Positions 7,537 to 15,720 are shown, counted from the first letter of the stretch. The stretch is 32,000 bases of DNA from Fastidiosibacter lacustris (GCF_003428155.1 NZ_QLIR01000001.1:150001-182000), one strand, 5' to 3'. Notes: a model not told the origin generated them from the letters alone. Program-made: numbers and translations.

Positions 7537-7616
7537 ATAATCCCGCACAATCTTAACTCATATTTAGCCCCATTCTTGATCTATACCATCAGGGGAGGGT
7601 GTAAAAATAATGAGAG
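7537..7616 (+). repeat. 80-bp direct repeat, copy 2 (leader, SD and first 7 nt of gpE)
   Basis: 78/80 identical to 1688..1767. Confidence 0.95.
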
Positions 7617-7876
7617 TAACCTTACGCAATCAGGTCAAATTAACCAGTGGTGAGCATACCAATGTCATCAATTTTCGAGAGCCCACGCGAGGTGATTTAA
7701 AAGCCGTTGCTAATATTGAGAATGATATTGCCAAAGAAGATATGCTGATCAGTCGTTTAACTGGCATATCACTAGCGTCACTTGATGATGTGGTAATGGC
7801 AGACAGTGCTAAGCTGCAACAGGCATTAAGTGAGATCACGGATGCTAATTACGACCCAAAGCATATAATGAATTAA
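7610..7876 (+). CDS. gpE: Tail assembly chaperone E
   Basis: 88 aa, located between the tube and tape measure genes. 'INFREPTRGDLKAV' is gpE-like. Confidence 0.85.
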   Translation: MRVTLRNQVKLTSGEHTNVINFREPTRGDLKAVANIENDIAKEDMLISRLTGISLASLDDVVMADSAKLQQALSEITDANYDPKHIMN

Positions 7877-8004
7877 TCTTTGTCATAGCAACACAAACAG
7901 GCTGGCAAATCAGTGAGTTAGATAATTTACCATTGTCTGAGCTGATTAAATATTACAAACTTGCAGTGGATTGGATAAAAGCCAAAAGTGGCTTAGATAA
8001 ATAG
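7610..8004 (+). CDS. gpE+E': Tail assembly chaperone E+E' (programmed -1 frameshift product)
   Basis: The slippery heptamer C_CCA_AAG at 7855..7861 sits in the E frame. The -1 frame is open from 7849 and reads ...AYNELIFVIATQTGWQISELDNLPLSELIKYYKLAVDWIKAKSGLDK* to the TAG at 8002..8004, just before the tape measure start. Confidence 0.8.
7855..7861 (+). promoter_or_regulatory. -1 ribosomal frameshift slippery site CCCAAAG
   Basis: It has the X_XXY_YYZ pattern in the zero frame of gpE (gac cca aag). Confidence 0.75.
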
Positions 8005-8014
8005 TGAGTAAACG

Positions 8015-9874
8015 ATGGCAAACTGGAACAAAAAAGTTAGTCTTGAGTTGGGTGGCAGTATTAACCCAAGCTTTAGTAAAGTAACCGACAGCGCGATAAA
8101 GAGCCTGGATTATCTGGGCAGAAAAGAGAAGTCATTAAAAGATAATCAGGCGCTTATTGGTAAATTACAAGCTGATCAAGCTGCAATTGCTAAAACAAAC
8201 ACAAGCTATAAATCACAAGTTGCTGAGCTTAAAGCCTTGCAGCGCGCGTACAATGCGGCAGGCGGACAAGATGATAAATTATCGGCAAAAATATCCAAAA
8301 AACAGCAGCAGGTAAATAAAACGAATGCAGCACTCCAATCTCAAAAAAAAGGATTAAAGGAGCTTGGCACCTCACTTAAAAAAGCAGGTATTGACACCGC
8401 TAACTTAACGTCAGAAGAAAAACGTTTGCAAATGCAGTTAGAAAAAACGCAAAGACAGGCAAGGATTAAAGGCAACACATTATCAACGCTTGGCGCTGGC
8501 ATAAGTAAGCTCAAATATGTCGCTTTAGGTGTTACAGCTGCCGTTGGTGCAATAGGAGCTGCTACGATGAAATTAGTGGGTAGCTTTGCTGGACATGCTG
8601 ACAATATTGCCAAAACCGCCGACAAGCTTAATCTGAGTACAGACGCATTGCAAGAACTGCGTTATGCCGCTGGTCTTGCGGGCATATCAACCGAAAAGCT
8701 CGACAAGTCATTAGAGTTTATGCAAAAAAATGTGGTGGATGCCGCCAATGGGACAGGTGAAGCAAAAGATGCTCTAAATCAACTGGGCTTAAGTGCTGAG
8801 GAACTTAAATCATTAAAGCCAGACCAGGCATTAGGGCTTATTGCCGATGCTATGAATGGGGTGGCAAATAACCAAGAACGCTTGCGCATTGCCACACGGA
8901 TATTTGGACGTGAAGGTGCTGACATGGTGAATATGCTTAAGAATGGCTCCAAAGGCTTAAAAGAACTGGGTAAAGAAGCGCATGAAACGGGTGCTGTGTT
9001 TGAAGAAAAATCATTACGTGCAGCAGAGCTCAATACCGATGCTTATGGGAGAATGACACTAAGCTTACAGAGCGTAGCTTTTTCAGTTGCCAATGAGCTT
9101 ATGCCGAAAATGACAATTTTATTTACGAATATGACCGAATGGATTGCGGCAAATCGCGGGCAAATAGGCGAATGGGTGAAATCCTTTAGTAGTATGATTA
9201 GCTCAGTGTTTAGTGGTGTAAAGGCAGTTGGGAGCTTTATTCAATCAACCATTGGACTAGATAATGCCTTCAAAATAGTCGGCGGGACAATGGCGTTTAG
9301 CATGGTCAATAAAATTATGAATCTAGGCTCAGTCATCAAAGGGCTTGGCACTACATTTAAGCTGGTGAGTCGACTTTTTTTGACGAATCCCATTGGTTTG
9401 GCAATCACAGGAATTGCCGCAGCGGCATTACTCATATACAAATATTGGGAGCCTATTAAAGACTTCTTTGCAGGCTTGTGGGACGGCATAAAAAACATAT
9501 TCAACAGCGCGATTGATTTTATTGCAAAGCTGTTTGAGCCACAGGTAAAAATGATTAAATGGGTAGCGGAGAAGGCGACCTCAGTGGCTAAGTTCTTTGG
9601 GCTTGGTGGCAGTGATAAAGCAGAAAAAAGTGCAAATGCTGAAAATAAAATCAGCTGGAATAACTATAAGCCGTTGCAAACGGAGGATTTCAGTCAATTG
9701 CAACAGCAAGTTAAAGCAGCTAATCAGCAAATCAACAACAGCAATAAAACCAATAATGTGACAATCACCAATCAAGTTACGGTACAAGGCAATGGCGATA
9801 AATTATCGATTATGCAAGGGGTTGAAGAAGCCACGCAAAAGGCACTATATGACTTTAATTATGGAGGCGTTTAA
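8015..9874 (+). CDS. gpT: Tail tape measure protein T
   Basis: 619 aa. The N-terminal half looks like Q/K/A-rich coiled coil, with Gly/Ala-rich hydrophobic segments in the middle. It lies after E/E'. Confidence 0.9.
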   Translation: MANWNKKVSLELGGSINPSFSKVTDSAIKSLDYLGRKEKSLKDNQALIGKLQADQAAIAKTNTSYKSQVAELKALQRAYNAAGGQDDKLSAKISKKQQQVNKTNAALQSQKKGLKELGTSLKKAGIDTANLTSEEKRLQMQLEKTQRQARIKGNTLSTLGAGISKLKYVALGVTAAVGAIGAATMKLVGSFAGHADNIAKTADKLNLSTDALQELRYAAGLAGISTEKLDKSLEFMQKNVVDAANGTGEAKDALNQLGLSAEELKSLKPDQALGLIADAMNGVANNQERLRIATRIFGREGADMVNMLKNGSKGLKELGKEAHETGAVFEEKSLRAAELNTDAYGRMTLSLQSVAFSVANELMPKMTILFTNMTEWIAANRGQIGEWVKSFSSMISSVFSGVKAVGSFIQSTIGLDNAFKIVGGTMAFSMVNKIMNLGSVIKGLGTTFKLVSRLFLTNPIGLAITGIAAAALLIYKYWEPIKDFFAGLWDGIKNIFNSAIDFIAKLFEPQVKMIKWVAEKATSVAKFFGLGGSDKAEKSANAENKISWNNYKPLQTEDFSQLQQQVKAANQQINNSNKTNNVTITNQVTVQGNGDKLSIMQGVEEATQKALYDFNYGGV

Positions 9875-9876
9875 AA

Positions 9877-10293
9877 ATGGCGTTTATTCCGTTAGTACTT
9901 GGCAAGTTGCCATTTAGTGTTAATACTGCAACTTACAATAAGATAAGCAAAAGCTACTCAAGTAACTGGGCAACGCAAGAGCGGGTTAATAATAGCCCAG
10001 CTCTGCAAAATACGGGGGACCAGTCAGAAACCATGACTATCTCAGGGGTGACCTTTCCGTGTGACAATCTAGGGGCAAAAGGCGCTCTTGTAGCATTAAG
10101 AGAGCTCGCAGCCAGTCAAGACAGTAATTTTTTATTTGATTTAGATGGCTTTATTTACGGCAAATGGGCAATAACCAATATCCAGCAAGAGAACACCAAC
10201 AACAGCAACACAAGTTACTCGGTGAGTTTATCACGCTATCCAGAAACCACGGCAATTGACCAAGCGAAAGCTTATGTAAAAAATGCGATCTAA
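9877..10293 (+). CDS. gpU: Tail protein U
   Basis: 138 aa, directly after the tape measure gene. Size and position match P2 gpU. Confidence 0.75.
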   Translation: MAFIPLVLGKLPFSVNTATYNKISKSYSSNWATQERVNNSPALQNTGDQSETMTISGVTFPCDNLGAKGALVALRELAASQDSNFLFDLDGFIYGKWAITNIQQENTNNSNTSYSVSLSRYPETTAIDQAKAYVKNAI

Positions 10294-10302
10294 AATTCAC
10301 CA

Positions 10303-10331
10303 TTGGAGTTTATAAAAAAATTGAGTATAAT
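10303..10331 (+). promoter_or_regulatory. Putative sigma70-type promoter for the cargo gene
   Basis: TTGGAG (10303..10308), a 17-nt spacer, then a perfect TATAAT (10326..10331), in the 65-bp gap after gpU. Confidence 0.45.
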
Positions 10332-10358
10332 TTAATAAAAAATAAATGGTTGTTTAAA

Positions 10359-11411
10359 ATGTCGGATGTGCTTATTGAAATTTTGAAAATGATTGATTCA
10401 GGAAATCGTAAAAAATCAGAAGTGGCAAAAAACATAGCGGAAAAGCATGGTGTAACTGTCCAAAACGTGTACCAACATCTGAAAAAATTAGAGAAGCCAA
10501 TGCAAATTTTTGAGTGCAGTAAGGGATACCTCCATTTATTGCAAAAACGCTTATTTGCTCAGAATTTTAAACTAAAAGATATTACAAAAGAAGCTAGTGA
10601 ATACGATATTTGGATTAAACATATTCTGTCCCTTATTAAAAATGATATCGAGCTTAAAGACTCAATGTTTCATGTCTTTACAGAAATGTTAAACAATGCA
10701 ATAGAACATTCTGAAGGTGATACTATAAGGATTGCTTTATTTGAAAGTGCATATGGATATTTGGTATCGATTACTGATAACGGGGTGGGTATTTTTAAAA
10801 AAATCTGTAGATATAAGAATTTGAAAGATGAGCAGCATGCTATGTTTGAGTTATCAAAAGGGCGCCTAACAACAATGCCAGAAGCTCACTCTGGAGAGGG
10901 TATCTTCTTTTCTTCTAAAATTAGTGATGAATTTTCCATAATTTCACATGGTTTAATTTTTCATCATGAGCTTGATGTTAATAGTCTTTCTGAGCTTGAG
11001 GGCATGGCCAGAAGAAGTATGTATGAAGGGACAAAAGTTGTTTTTAAAATAAATAAATTTACCCCTAAATCTGTCACTGCAATATTCAAGCAATATACAG
11101 TTATAGATGAGGAGGGAGAATATATGTTTTCAAAGACAATTATAAAGGCAAAATTAATTCAATATGAAAATGAAGCACTAGTTTCACGTTCACAAGCCAA
11201 GCGTTTGCTGACACGAGTTAATGAGTTTAAAGAAGCAGTGATTGATTTTGCGGGAATTCGGTTGATTGGGCAGGGCTTTGCCGATGAAGTTTTTCGTGTT
11301 TTTACAACACGTTATCCTGATGTAAAATTAACGTATGTTAATGCTGAACCAGATGTTGATTTCATGATTAAGCGCGCAGTTGGCACTGCTAAGATCAATA
11401 AAAAAAGTTAA
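10359..11411 (+). CDS. Cargo (moron) protein: N-terminal wHTH + SpoIIAB/RsbW-like GHKL ATPase + C-terminal STAS-like (DUF4325-type) domain
   Basis: The ATG at 10359 is preferred over the track's TTG at 10350. 'SEVAKNIAEKHGVTVQNVYQHLKKLEK' is HTH-like. The Bergerat-fold boxes are the N-box 'TEMLNNAIEHS', G1 'TDNGVGIF' and G2 'HSGEGIFF'. The C-terminus 'SRSQAKRLLTRVNEFKEAVIDFAGIRLIGQGFADEVFRVF' matches my memory of the DUF4325/STAS-like signature. Motifs were read by eye only. Confidence 0.7.
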   Translation: MSDVLIEILKMIDSGNRKKSEVAKNIAEKHGVTVQNVYQHLKKLEKPMQIFECSKGYLHLLQKRLFAQNFKLKDITKEASEYDIWIKHILSLIKNDIELKDSMFHVFTEMLNNAIEHSEGDTIRIALFESAYGYLVSITDNGVGIFKKICRYKNLKDEQHAMFELSKGRLTTMPEAHSGEGIFFSSKISDEFSIISHGLIFHHELDVNSLSELEGMARRSMYEGTKVVFKINKFTPKSVTAIFKQYTVIDEEGEYMFSKTIIKAKLIQYENEALVSRSQAKRLLTRVNEFKEAVIDFAGIRLIGQGFADEVFRVFTTRYPDVKLTYVNAEPDVDFMIKRAVGTAKINKKS

Positions 11412-11430
11412 TTTTAAGGATTTTTGTATT

Positions 11431-11631
11431 ATGGCTAAATACACCACGAAAGACGGAGATATGCTCGATTATATTTGCTACAAGTATTACGGCACGACAG
11501 AAGTTACTAACAAAGTGCTTGAGGCAAATCGTGAGCTGGCAAAATTAGGTGCAGTACTCCCATCTGGTATTACCATTGAATTACCAGAGATTGAAAAGCC
11601 AACAGCTAAAAGAAGAGTAACCTTATGGTAA
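11431..11631 (+). CDS. gpX: Tail protein X (LysM-like)
   Basis: ATG at 11431 with an AAGGA SD at 11416..11420. 'KDGDMLDYICYKYYG...VLEANRELA...LPSGITIELPE' is the gpX signature. The track start at 11380 overlaps the upstream gene and is rejected. Confidence 0.85.
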   Translation: MAKYTTKDGDMLDYICYKYYGTTEVTNKVLEANRELAKLGAVLPSGITIELPEIEKPTAKRRVTLW

Positions 11632-12611
11632 TTGACTATCAAATCTTAGCCGATGATAAAGACATCACCGCAAAGATAAAAGCAGCGTTGGTTAGTTTAA
11701 CGATTACCGATACAACAGGAGACCATGCCGATGGATTAAGTTTGCATTTGGCAGACTACACGGATTCACTTAAATTTCCTGAGTCTAGTGCGAAGCTTAA
11801 TGTACATCTTGGCTACAAAGACAATCTGCATGATTTTGGTTTTTTCTTTGTTGATACGATGAGCTACCGTTATCCGCCAAGCGTATTAAGTTTAAATGCT
11901 AATAGCGTGCCCTTTGCGGCATCAAATACATACAAGGCGATGCAGACCCAACAAACACGCTCTTTTGACAATATAACGCTTGCAAGTTTAGTGGATATAA
12001 TTGCAAAAGAGCATGGGCTAGAGTCATCTGTTATACCAGGGCTAGGTAAAATACAAATTGAGCACATCGACCAAACCGATGAGGGCAATATCGGTTTTTT
12101 GTATCGAGTAGTTAGGCAGCATGGTTGCACATTAAAACCTACGCACACTAAATTAGTCGTGCTTGATGAGAAAGGCAAAAACGCCAAAGACGAGGACATC
12201 TTAACACTTACACTCGACCTAAAACAAATATCACAGCTAAGCTATAGCAGTAAAAAAGAAGCAAAGTTTAGAAGTGTGAATGCGAAATATCACGATGTTG
12301 ATAGCGCCGAAACAAAAAAAGTAACTGTAGGGAGTGGGCAACCTGAATTCGCCCTATCCTGGACATACGAAAACGAAGCAGCGGCAAAAGCAGCAGCTAA
12401 CAGAGAATTAAAAGGGTACGCGCTTGATATTGACTCCTTGAATATTACAACCATCGGCAATCCTGACATTATTGCGGGGGCGCCAATTATAATAAAAGGG
12501 TTGCGTGAGGATATACCGCAGGACTGGTATGTTAAAACAGCAACACACTCCCTTAGTAAACAAGGGTATCAAACCAGTGCTCAGTTGACGCTTAAACAGT
12601 TAAACGAGTAG
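11625..12611 (+). CDS. gpD: Late control / tail protein D
   Basis: 328 aa. The N-terminus 'YQILADDKDITAKIKAALVSLTITDTTGDHADGLSLHLAD' is gpD-like. The start overlaps the X stop. Confidence 0.85.
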   Translation: MVIDYQILADDKDITAKIKAALVSLTITDTTGDHADGLSLHLADYTDSLKFPESSAKLNVHLGYKDNLHDFGFFFVDTMSYRYPPSVLSLNANSVPFAASNTYKAMQTQQTRSFDNITLASLVDIIAKEHGLESSVIPGLGKIQIEHIDQTDEGNIGFLYRVVRQHGCTLKPTHTKLVVLDEKGKNAKDEDILTLTLDLKQISQLSYSSKKEAKFRSVNAKYHDVDSAETKKVTVGSGQPEFALSWTYENEAAAKAAANRELKGYALDIDSLNITTIGNPDIIAGAPIIIKGLREDIPQDWYVKTATHSLSKQGYQTSAQLTLKQLNE

Positions 12612-12637
12612 ATTGCGAATCCTAAAATAAGATAATT

Positions 12638-13765
12638 TCATAACAAATCAACTGCCTTTTGTCTATGTTCCGGGGCTAAATGCGCATATCTAAGTGTCAT
12701 TTTAAAATCACTGTGACCAAGCAGCTCTCTAACTACTGATAAACTTTCGCCCTTCATTATAAGCTGGCTGGCAAAGTTATGTCGTAAATCATGGAAACGG
12801 AAATTATCTATTTCTGTTTTTTTCATTAATGTAATCCACGACTTATTAATATTATCCAACTTGCCACCCGTTATTGGTGACTTAAAAACAAGCCCGCTCT
12901 GATTACCATTACTGCAAATATCAAGAAACATTTGCCGGACATTTTTGTGCATGGGAATACTGCGAGCATGACCTGATTTAGTGTTATCTTTATCTAAAGT
13001 AATTTGATTAGTTTTTAAATCAATATCACTCCATTTAAGTGTAAATATTTCACCTCTGCGCATCCCTGTATAATAAGCGAGAGTGACTATGTTACGAATC
13101 AATTTGTCAGCACCATCTAATGCAGTTAATAACGCCTCAGATTCACGACTAGATAAATAACGTATTTTACCAGAAGACTCCTTGAATTTTTTAAATCCAG
13201 TTAACTTATTTGCTTGCAAATAACCAAACTCTACAGCCCTACTTATTGCCCCTTTTAAAACGGTAGCAGTTTTATTCAAGGTTGAATCTGAAACATTCGA
13301 CTCGCTTTTATATTGAAATAAGAAATTATTTAGAATTTTTAAATCAATCTCATTTAGTAACATATTATGCAATGACTTGGATACAACCAAAAGCCTATGA
13401 TGCGTTTGCTTATAACTTCTATGGTTTTTTTTACTCCAATCTAAATAGAAACGGTCAAGATAGTTTTTTAATGTTAATTTATCATGTTGTGCTTTTTCTT
13501 TTTGTATGTCTTGACCTTGTGACACTAAAAGCAACAGTCGTTGCGCTTCTTTTTTGGCAACCGGCAAGGGGATTGTAGGAAATTTGCCAATGGTATAACG
13601 CTTTTGCTTCTTTTCAGAATTCCGATAAATTATTGAAAAAGTTTTAGCACCAGATGGAAATACTCTTAAAACTAAGCAATTAACTTCTGAGTCGAAATAG
13701 TCTATTATTTTATTGGTTGGTTCTAGTTCAGAAATGTTTGTTTTAGTTAATTTTAATTTGGGCAT
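12638..13765 (-). CDS. int: Tyrosine integrase, P4-like (N-terminal arm-binding DUF4102-type domain)
   Basis: 'MPKLKLTKTNISELEP' is the typical N-terminus, with AGGA 6 nt upstream. The catalytic residues are in 'YTGMRRGEI', 'HDLRHNFAS' and 'LGHSDFKMTLRYAHL'. The upstream track start at 13798 is rejected. Confidence 0.9.
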   Translation of the reverse strand: MPKLKLTKTNISELEPTNKIIDYFDSEVNCLVLRVFPSGAKTFSIIYRNSEKKQKRYTIGKFPTIPLPVAKKEAQRLLLLVSQGQDIQKEKAQHDKLTLKNYLDRFYLDWSKKNHRSYKQTHHRLLVVSKSLHNMLLNEIDLKILNNFLFQYKSESNVSDSTLNKTATVLKGAISRAVEFGYLQANKLTGFKKFKESSGKIRYLSSRESEALLTALDGADKLIRNIVTLAYYTGMRRGEIFTLKWSDIDLKTNQITLDKDNTKSGHARSIPMHKNVRQMFLDICSNGNQSGLVFKSPITGGKLDNINKSWITLMKKTEIDNFRFHDLRHNFASQLIMKGESLSVVRELLGHSDFKMTLRYAHLAPEHRQKAVDLL

Positions 13766-13812
13766 TTTATTCCTGGTTTTAGGTAGACCAATGGTCATAG
13801 TATAGCATTTAC

Positions 13813-13831
13813 AGGTAACATATAGGTAACA
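13813..13831. repeat. Two direct AGGTAACA repeats with 11-bp phasing (possible integrase arm-type sites or int operator)
   Basis: aggtaaca occurs at 13813..13820 and 13824..13831, in the AT-rich int-to-att spacer. Confidence 0.3.
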
Positions 13832-13961
13832 AAAAATAATAAAACCGAGAGGAAAAACTTCTTTCTCCGAAAATAAAAAATGTTACTAAAAGTCATTAAA
13901 ATAAATGGTTTCCCCATCTTGAGCTGCATGTAAAAAATCAGCGAAAATGACCTGCACCCCC

Positions 13962-14006
13962 CTCCGGAGCCAAAGGTCAGGCGTTCGAATCGCCTCGGGT
14001 GCACCA
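13962..14006 (+). tRNA. 3' fragment of a tRNA-Arg(CCG) gene (anticodon loop to CCA); probable attR core
   Basis: The segment reads CTCCGGA (loop, anticodon CCG), GCCAA, AGGTC (variable), AGGCG-TTCGAAT-CGCCT (T arm), CGGGTGC-A-CCA. No complementary anticodon-stem 5' strand, D arm or 5' acceptor strand is present at tRNA spacing upstream, so the gene is incomplete here. Confidence 0.6.
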
Positions 14007-14016
14007 TATGATTAAG

Positions 14017-14451
14017 CTACTTCACAAGTAAGTTTCTTAGCTGTGACAGATAAACTTCTTGATCTGCAACGGTGCTATTTTTCTGTGCACTCCAGATTGA
14101 TTCAGCAAGATAATTCATCATTTTATGGTGAACGGTGTGTTCATCGTTCAAGTGTGCTTTACATAAGGCGTGATAGATATCACTAATTCCTTGTGGTCGA
14201 TTAGTAATAACTTGTTCAATAAGTGCTAAATGTAAGCTCATATGCAAAAATGGATTGGTTTCACCAAGCTCAGGTGGAAAATCTTTGTCAAGATTGTAAA
14301 GGTTAGACAAAAAATTTTGGTATTCTGGATGATACTCGATTACACGTACAATTTGTATTTCTAGGTCCGTTAAAAGCTGTTTATTTAAGTGTTTATACCA
14401 ACTATCAAAATAAAGTTTTCTAAGTTCAAGTCGGGTTGGGTTAAAAATCAT
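14017..14451 (-). CDS. DUF1841-like conserved hypothetical protein
   Basis: 144 aa. The start overlaps the nth stop. The family assignment is from memory of the motif pattern ('WYKH...L..LE..I..VI..HPEY'). Confidence 0.6.
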   Translation of the reverse strand: MIFNPTRLELRKLYFDSWYKHLNKQLLTDLEIQIVRVIEYHPEYQNFLSNLYNLDKDFPPELGETNPFLHMSLHLALIEQVITNRPQGISDIYHALCKAHLNDEHTVHHKMMNYLAESIWSAQKNSTVADQEVYLSQLRNLLVK

Positions 14452-15086
14452 AAATAAACTTCTTTTTGTTTGAATTCACATAAATCATAGATGGGGCATT
14501 TACTACATTTGGGTTTTTTCGCTGTACAAATATAGCGACCATGTAAAATGAGCCAGTGATGTGCATCTTTTAAGAACTTTTTTGGAATAATGTACAATAG
14601 CTTGTGTTCAACTTCATTGACACTTTTTCCAGGAGCTAGGTTCATGCGGTTAGCGATCCGAAAAATATGTGTATCTACAGCTATCGTAGGTTCACCAAAA
14701 GCGGTATTAAGCACTACGTTTGCGGTTTTACGCCCAACGCCAGGTAAAGTCTCTAGTGCTTTACGATTATTGGGAACTTCACCATTATAAAGTTCAATAA
14801 GCATTTGGCAGGTTTTAATAATATTCTTAGCCTTAGTTTTATATAGTCCAATGGCTTGAATATATGGAATGAGTTCCTCCTCTCCGATGTGTAAAATTTT
14901 CTCTGGTGTATTTGCTATTAAGAAAAGCTTATCAGTCGCTTTATTGACGCTGATATCAGTTGCCTGAGCAGATAAAATGACTGAAATTAATAATTCAAAC
15001 GTTGAACTATAGTTGAGTTCAGTGGTTGGATGAGGATTATTGTGAGCAAAAATTTCAAAAATCTGTCGGCACTTCGTTTTGTTCAT
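14448..15086 (-). CDS. nth: Endonuclease III
   Basis: The HhH-GPD motif 'LPGVGRKTANVVL' is present, with the C-terminal 4Fe-4S cluster loop C-x6-C-x2-C-x5-C (CTAKKPKCSKCPIYDLC). Confidence 0.95.
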   Translation of the reverse strand: MNKTKCRQIFEIFAHNNPHPTTELNYSSTFELLISVILSAQATDISVNKATDKLFLIANTPEKILHIGEEELIPYIQAIGLYKTKAKNIIKTCQMLIELYNGEVPNNRKALETLPGVGRKTANVVLNTAFGEPTIAVDTHIFRIANRMNLAPGKSVNEVEHKLLYIIPKKFLKDAHHWLILHGRYICTAKKPKCSKCPIYDLCEFKQKEVYL

Positions 15087-15096
15087 TTGTTTATGC

Positions 15097-15720
15097 TTAA
15101 TTTAAGTTTTTTCTATTTTTAAATTCGGTAAGTGCTTGTTGAATGTAAGCTTTTTTATCAATATTTAGTTTGCTTAGCACAATATTTTGCTTGTGATTTT
15201 TGGTTTCTTTCTTTTGTTTTGTTTCAAGCCTTTTTGTCCTTTCATTATGGCGTAAACGATAGTAATTTTTTTGAGCTTCTTTTTGAGTTAAGTTTAACCT
15301 TTCAGGTTGTAACTCGTCTGGTAAAATTTGCATTTCAATGCAGTCCATTGGACATGGTACAACACATAAATCACATCCTGTGCATTCATTACTTAGAACA
15401 GTGTGCATGAGCTTTTTAGCGCCAACGATGGCATCAACTGGACACGCTAAAATACATTTGGTACAGCCAATACACAGATCTTCATTGATAATTGCCACTT
15501 TTTTGGGTTGATGGATGCCGCAACTAGTATCAAGTGGAAGCTTTTCGCGTTGCAATAGTTTTGCTAATCTATCGGCGCCTTCTTGTCCACCTGGAGGGCA
15601 GCGATTATGTTTTTCACCATTGGTAATGGCTTGTGCATAGTTATAGCAATCTTTGTAGCCGCATTTTGTACACTGAGTTTGTGGTAAAAGTGCGTCAATG
15701 TCATCAATTGAAATAATCAT
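15097..15720 (-). CDS. RnfB-family ferredoxin-like Fe-S protein
   Basis: The N-terminal Cys cluster is '[13 protein letters not shown]...CPPGG'. Two CxxCxxCxxxCP ferredoxin motifs follow ([24 protein letters not shown]). It lies next to nth, as in rsx/rnf loci. Confidence 0.8.
   Translation of the reverse strand: MIISIDDIDALLPQTQCTKCGYKDCYNYAQAITNGEKHNRCPPGGQEGADRLAKLLQREKLPLDTSCGIHQPKKVAIINEDLCIGCTKCILACPVDAIVGAKKLMHTVLSNECTGCDLCVVPCPMDCIEMQILPDELQPERLNLTQKEAQKNYYRLRHNERTKRLETKQKKETKNHKQNIVLSKLNIDKKAYIQQALTEFKNRKNLN

Larger units (their letters stand above)
1..14006. mobile_element. Right arm of an integrated P2/phiCTX-like myovirus prophage (tail module, integrase, att site); the left boundary lies outside the window
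   Basis: The collinear order V-W-J-I-fibre ... FI-FII-E/E'-T-U-X-D is typical of P2-like contractile tails. It is followed by a tyrosine integrase and a tRNA 3' fragment. Gene content switches to housekeeping genes on the opposite strand from 14017. Confidence 0.85.

Noticed and set aside
13930-14006. A complete 77-nt tRNA ending at the CCA at 14004..14006
   Set aside because: The T arm, variable loop, 3' anticodon stem and acceptor 3' strand are perfect. However, the expected 5' acceptor strand (GCACCCG) is not at the correct distance, there is no D arm, and the 5' anticodon stem (CCCCC) cannot pair with GCCAA. I therefore called it a 3' fragment only. A tmRNA 3' end was also considered and rejected because there is no G3:U70-type alanine acceptor.
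13795-14007. 70-aa minus-strand ORF spanning the int-att spacer
   Set aside because: It overlaps the tRNA fragment and the AT-rich attachment arm, has no SD and has junk-like composition. Part of its sequence is simply the reverse translation of the tRNA T arm and acceptor.
15097-15720. RnfB-like gene next to nth as a remnant of a lost rnf/rsx operon
   Set aside because: A stand-alone RnfB-like ferredoxin adjacent to nth is, to my knowledge, a common arrangement in gammaproteobacteria lacking the full complex. It is not unusual enough to flag.
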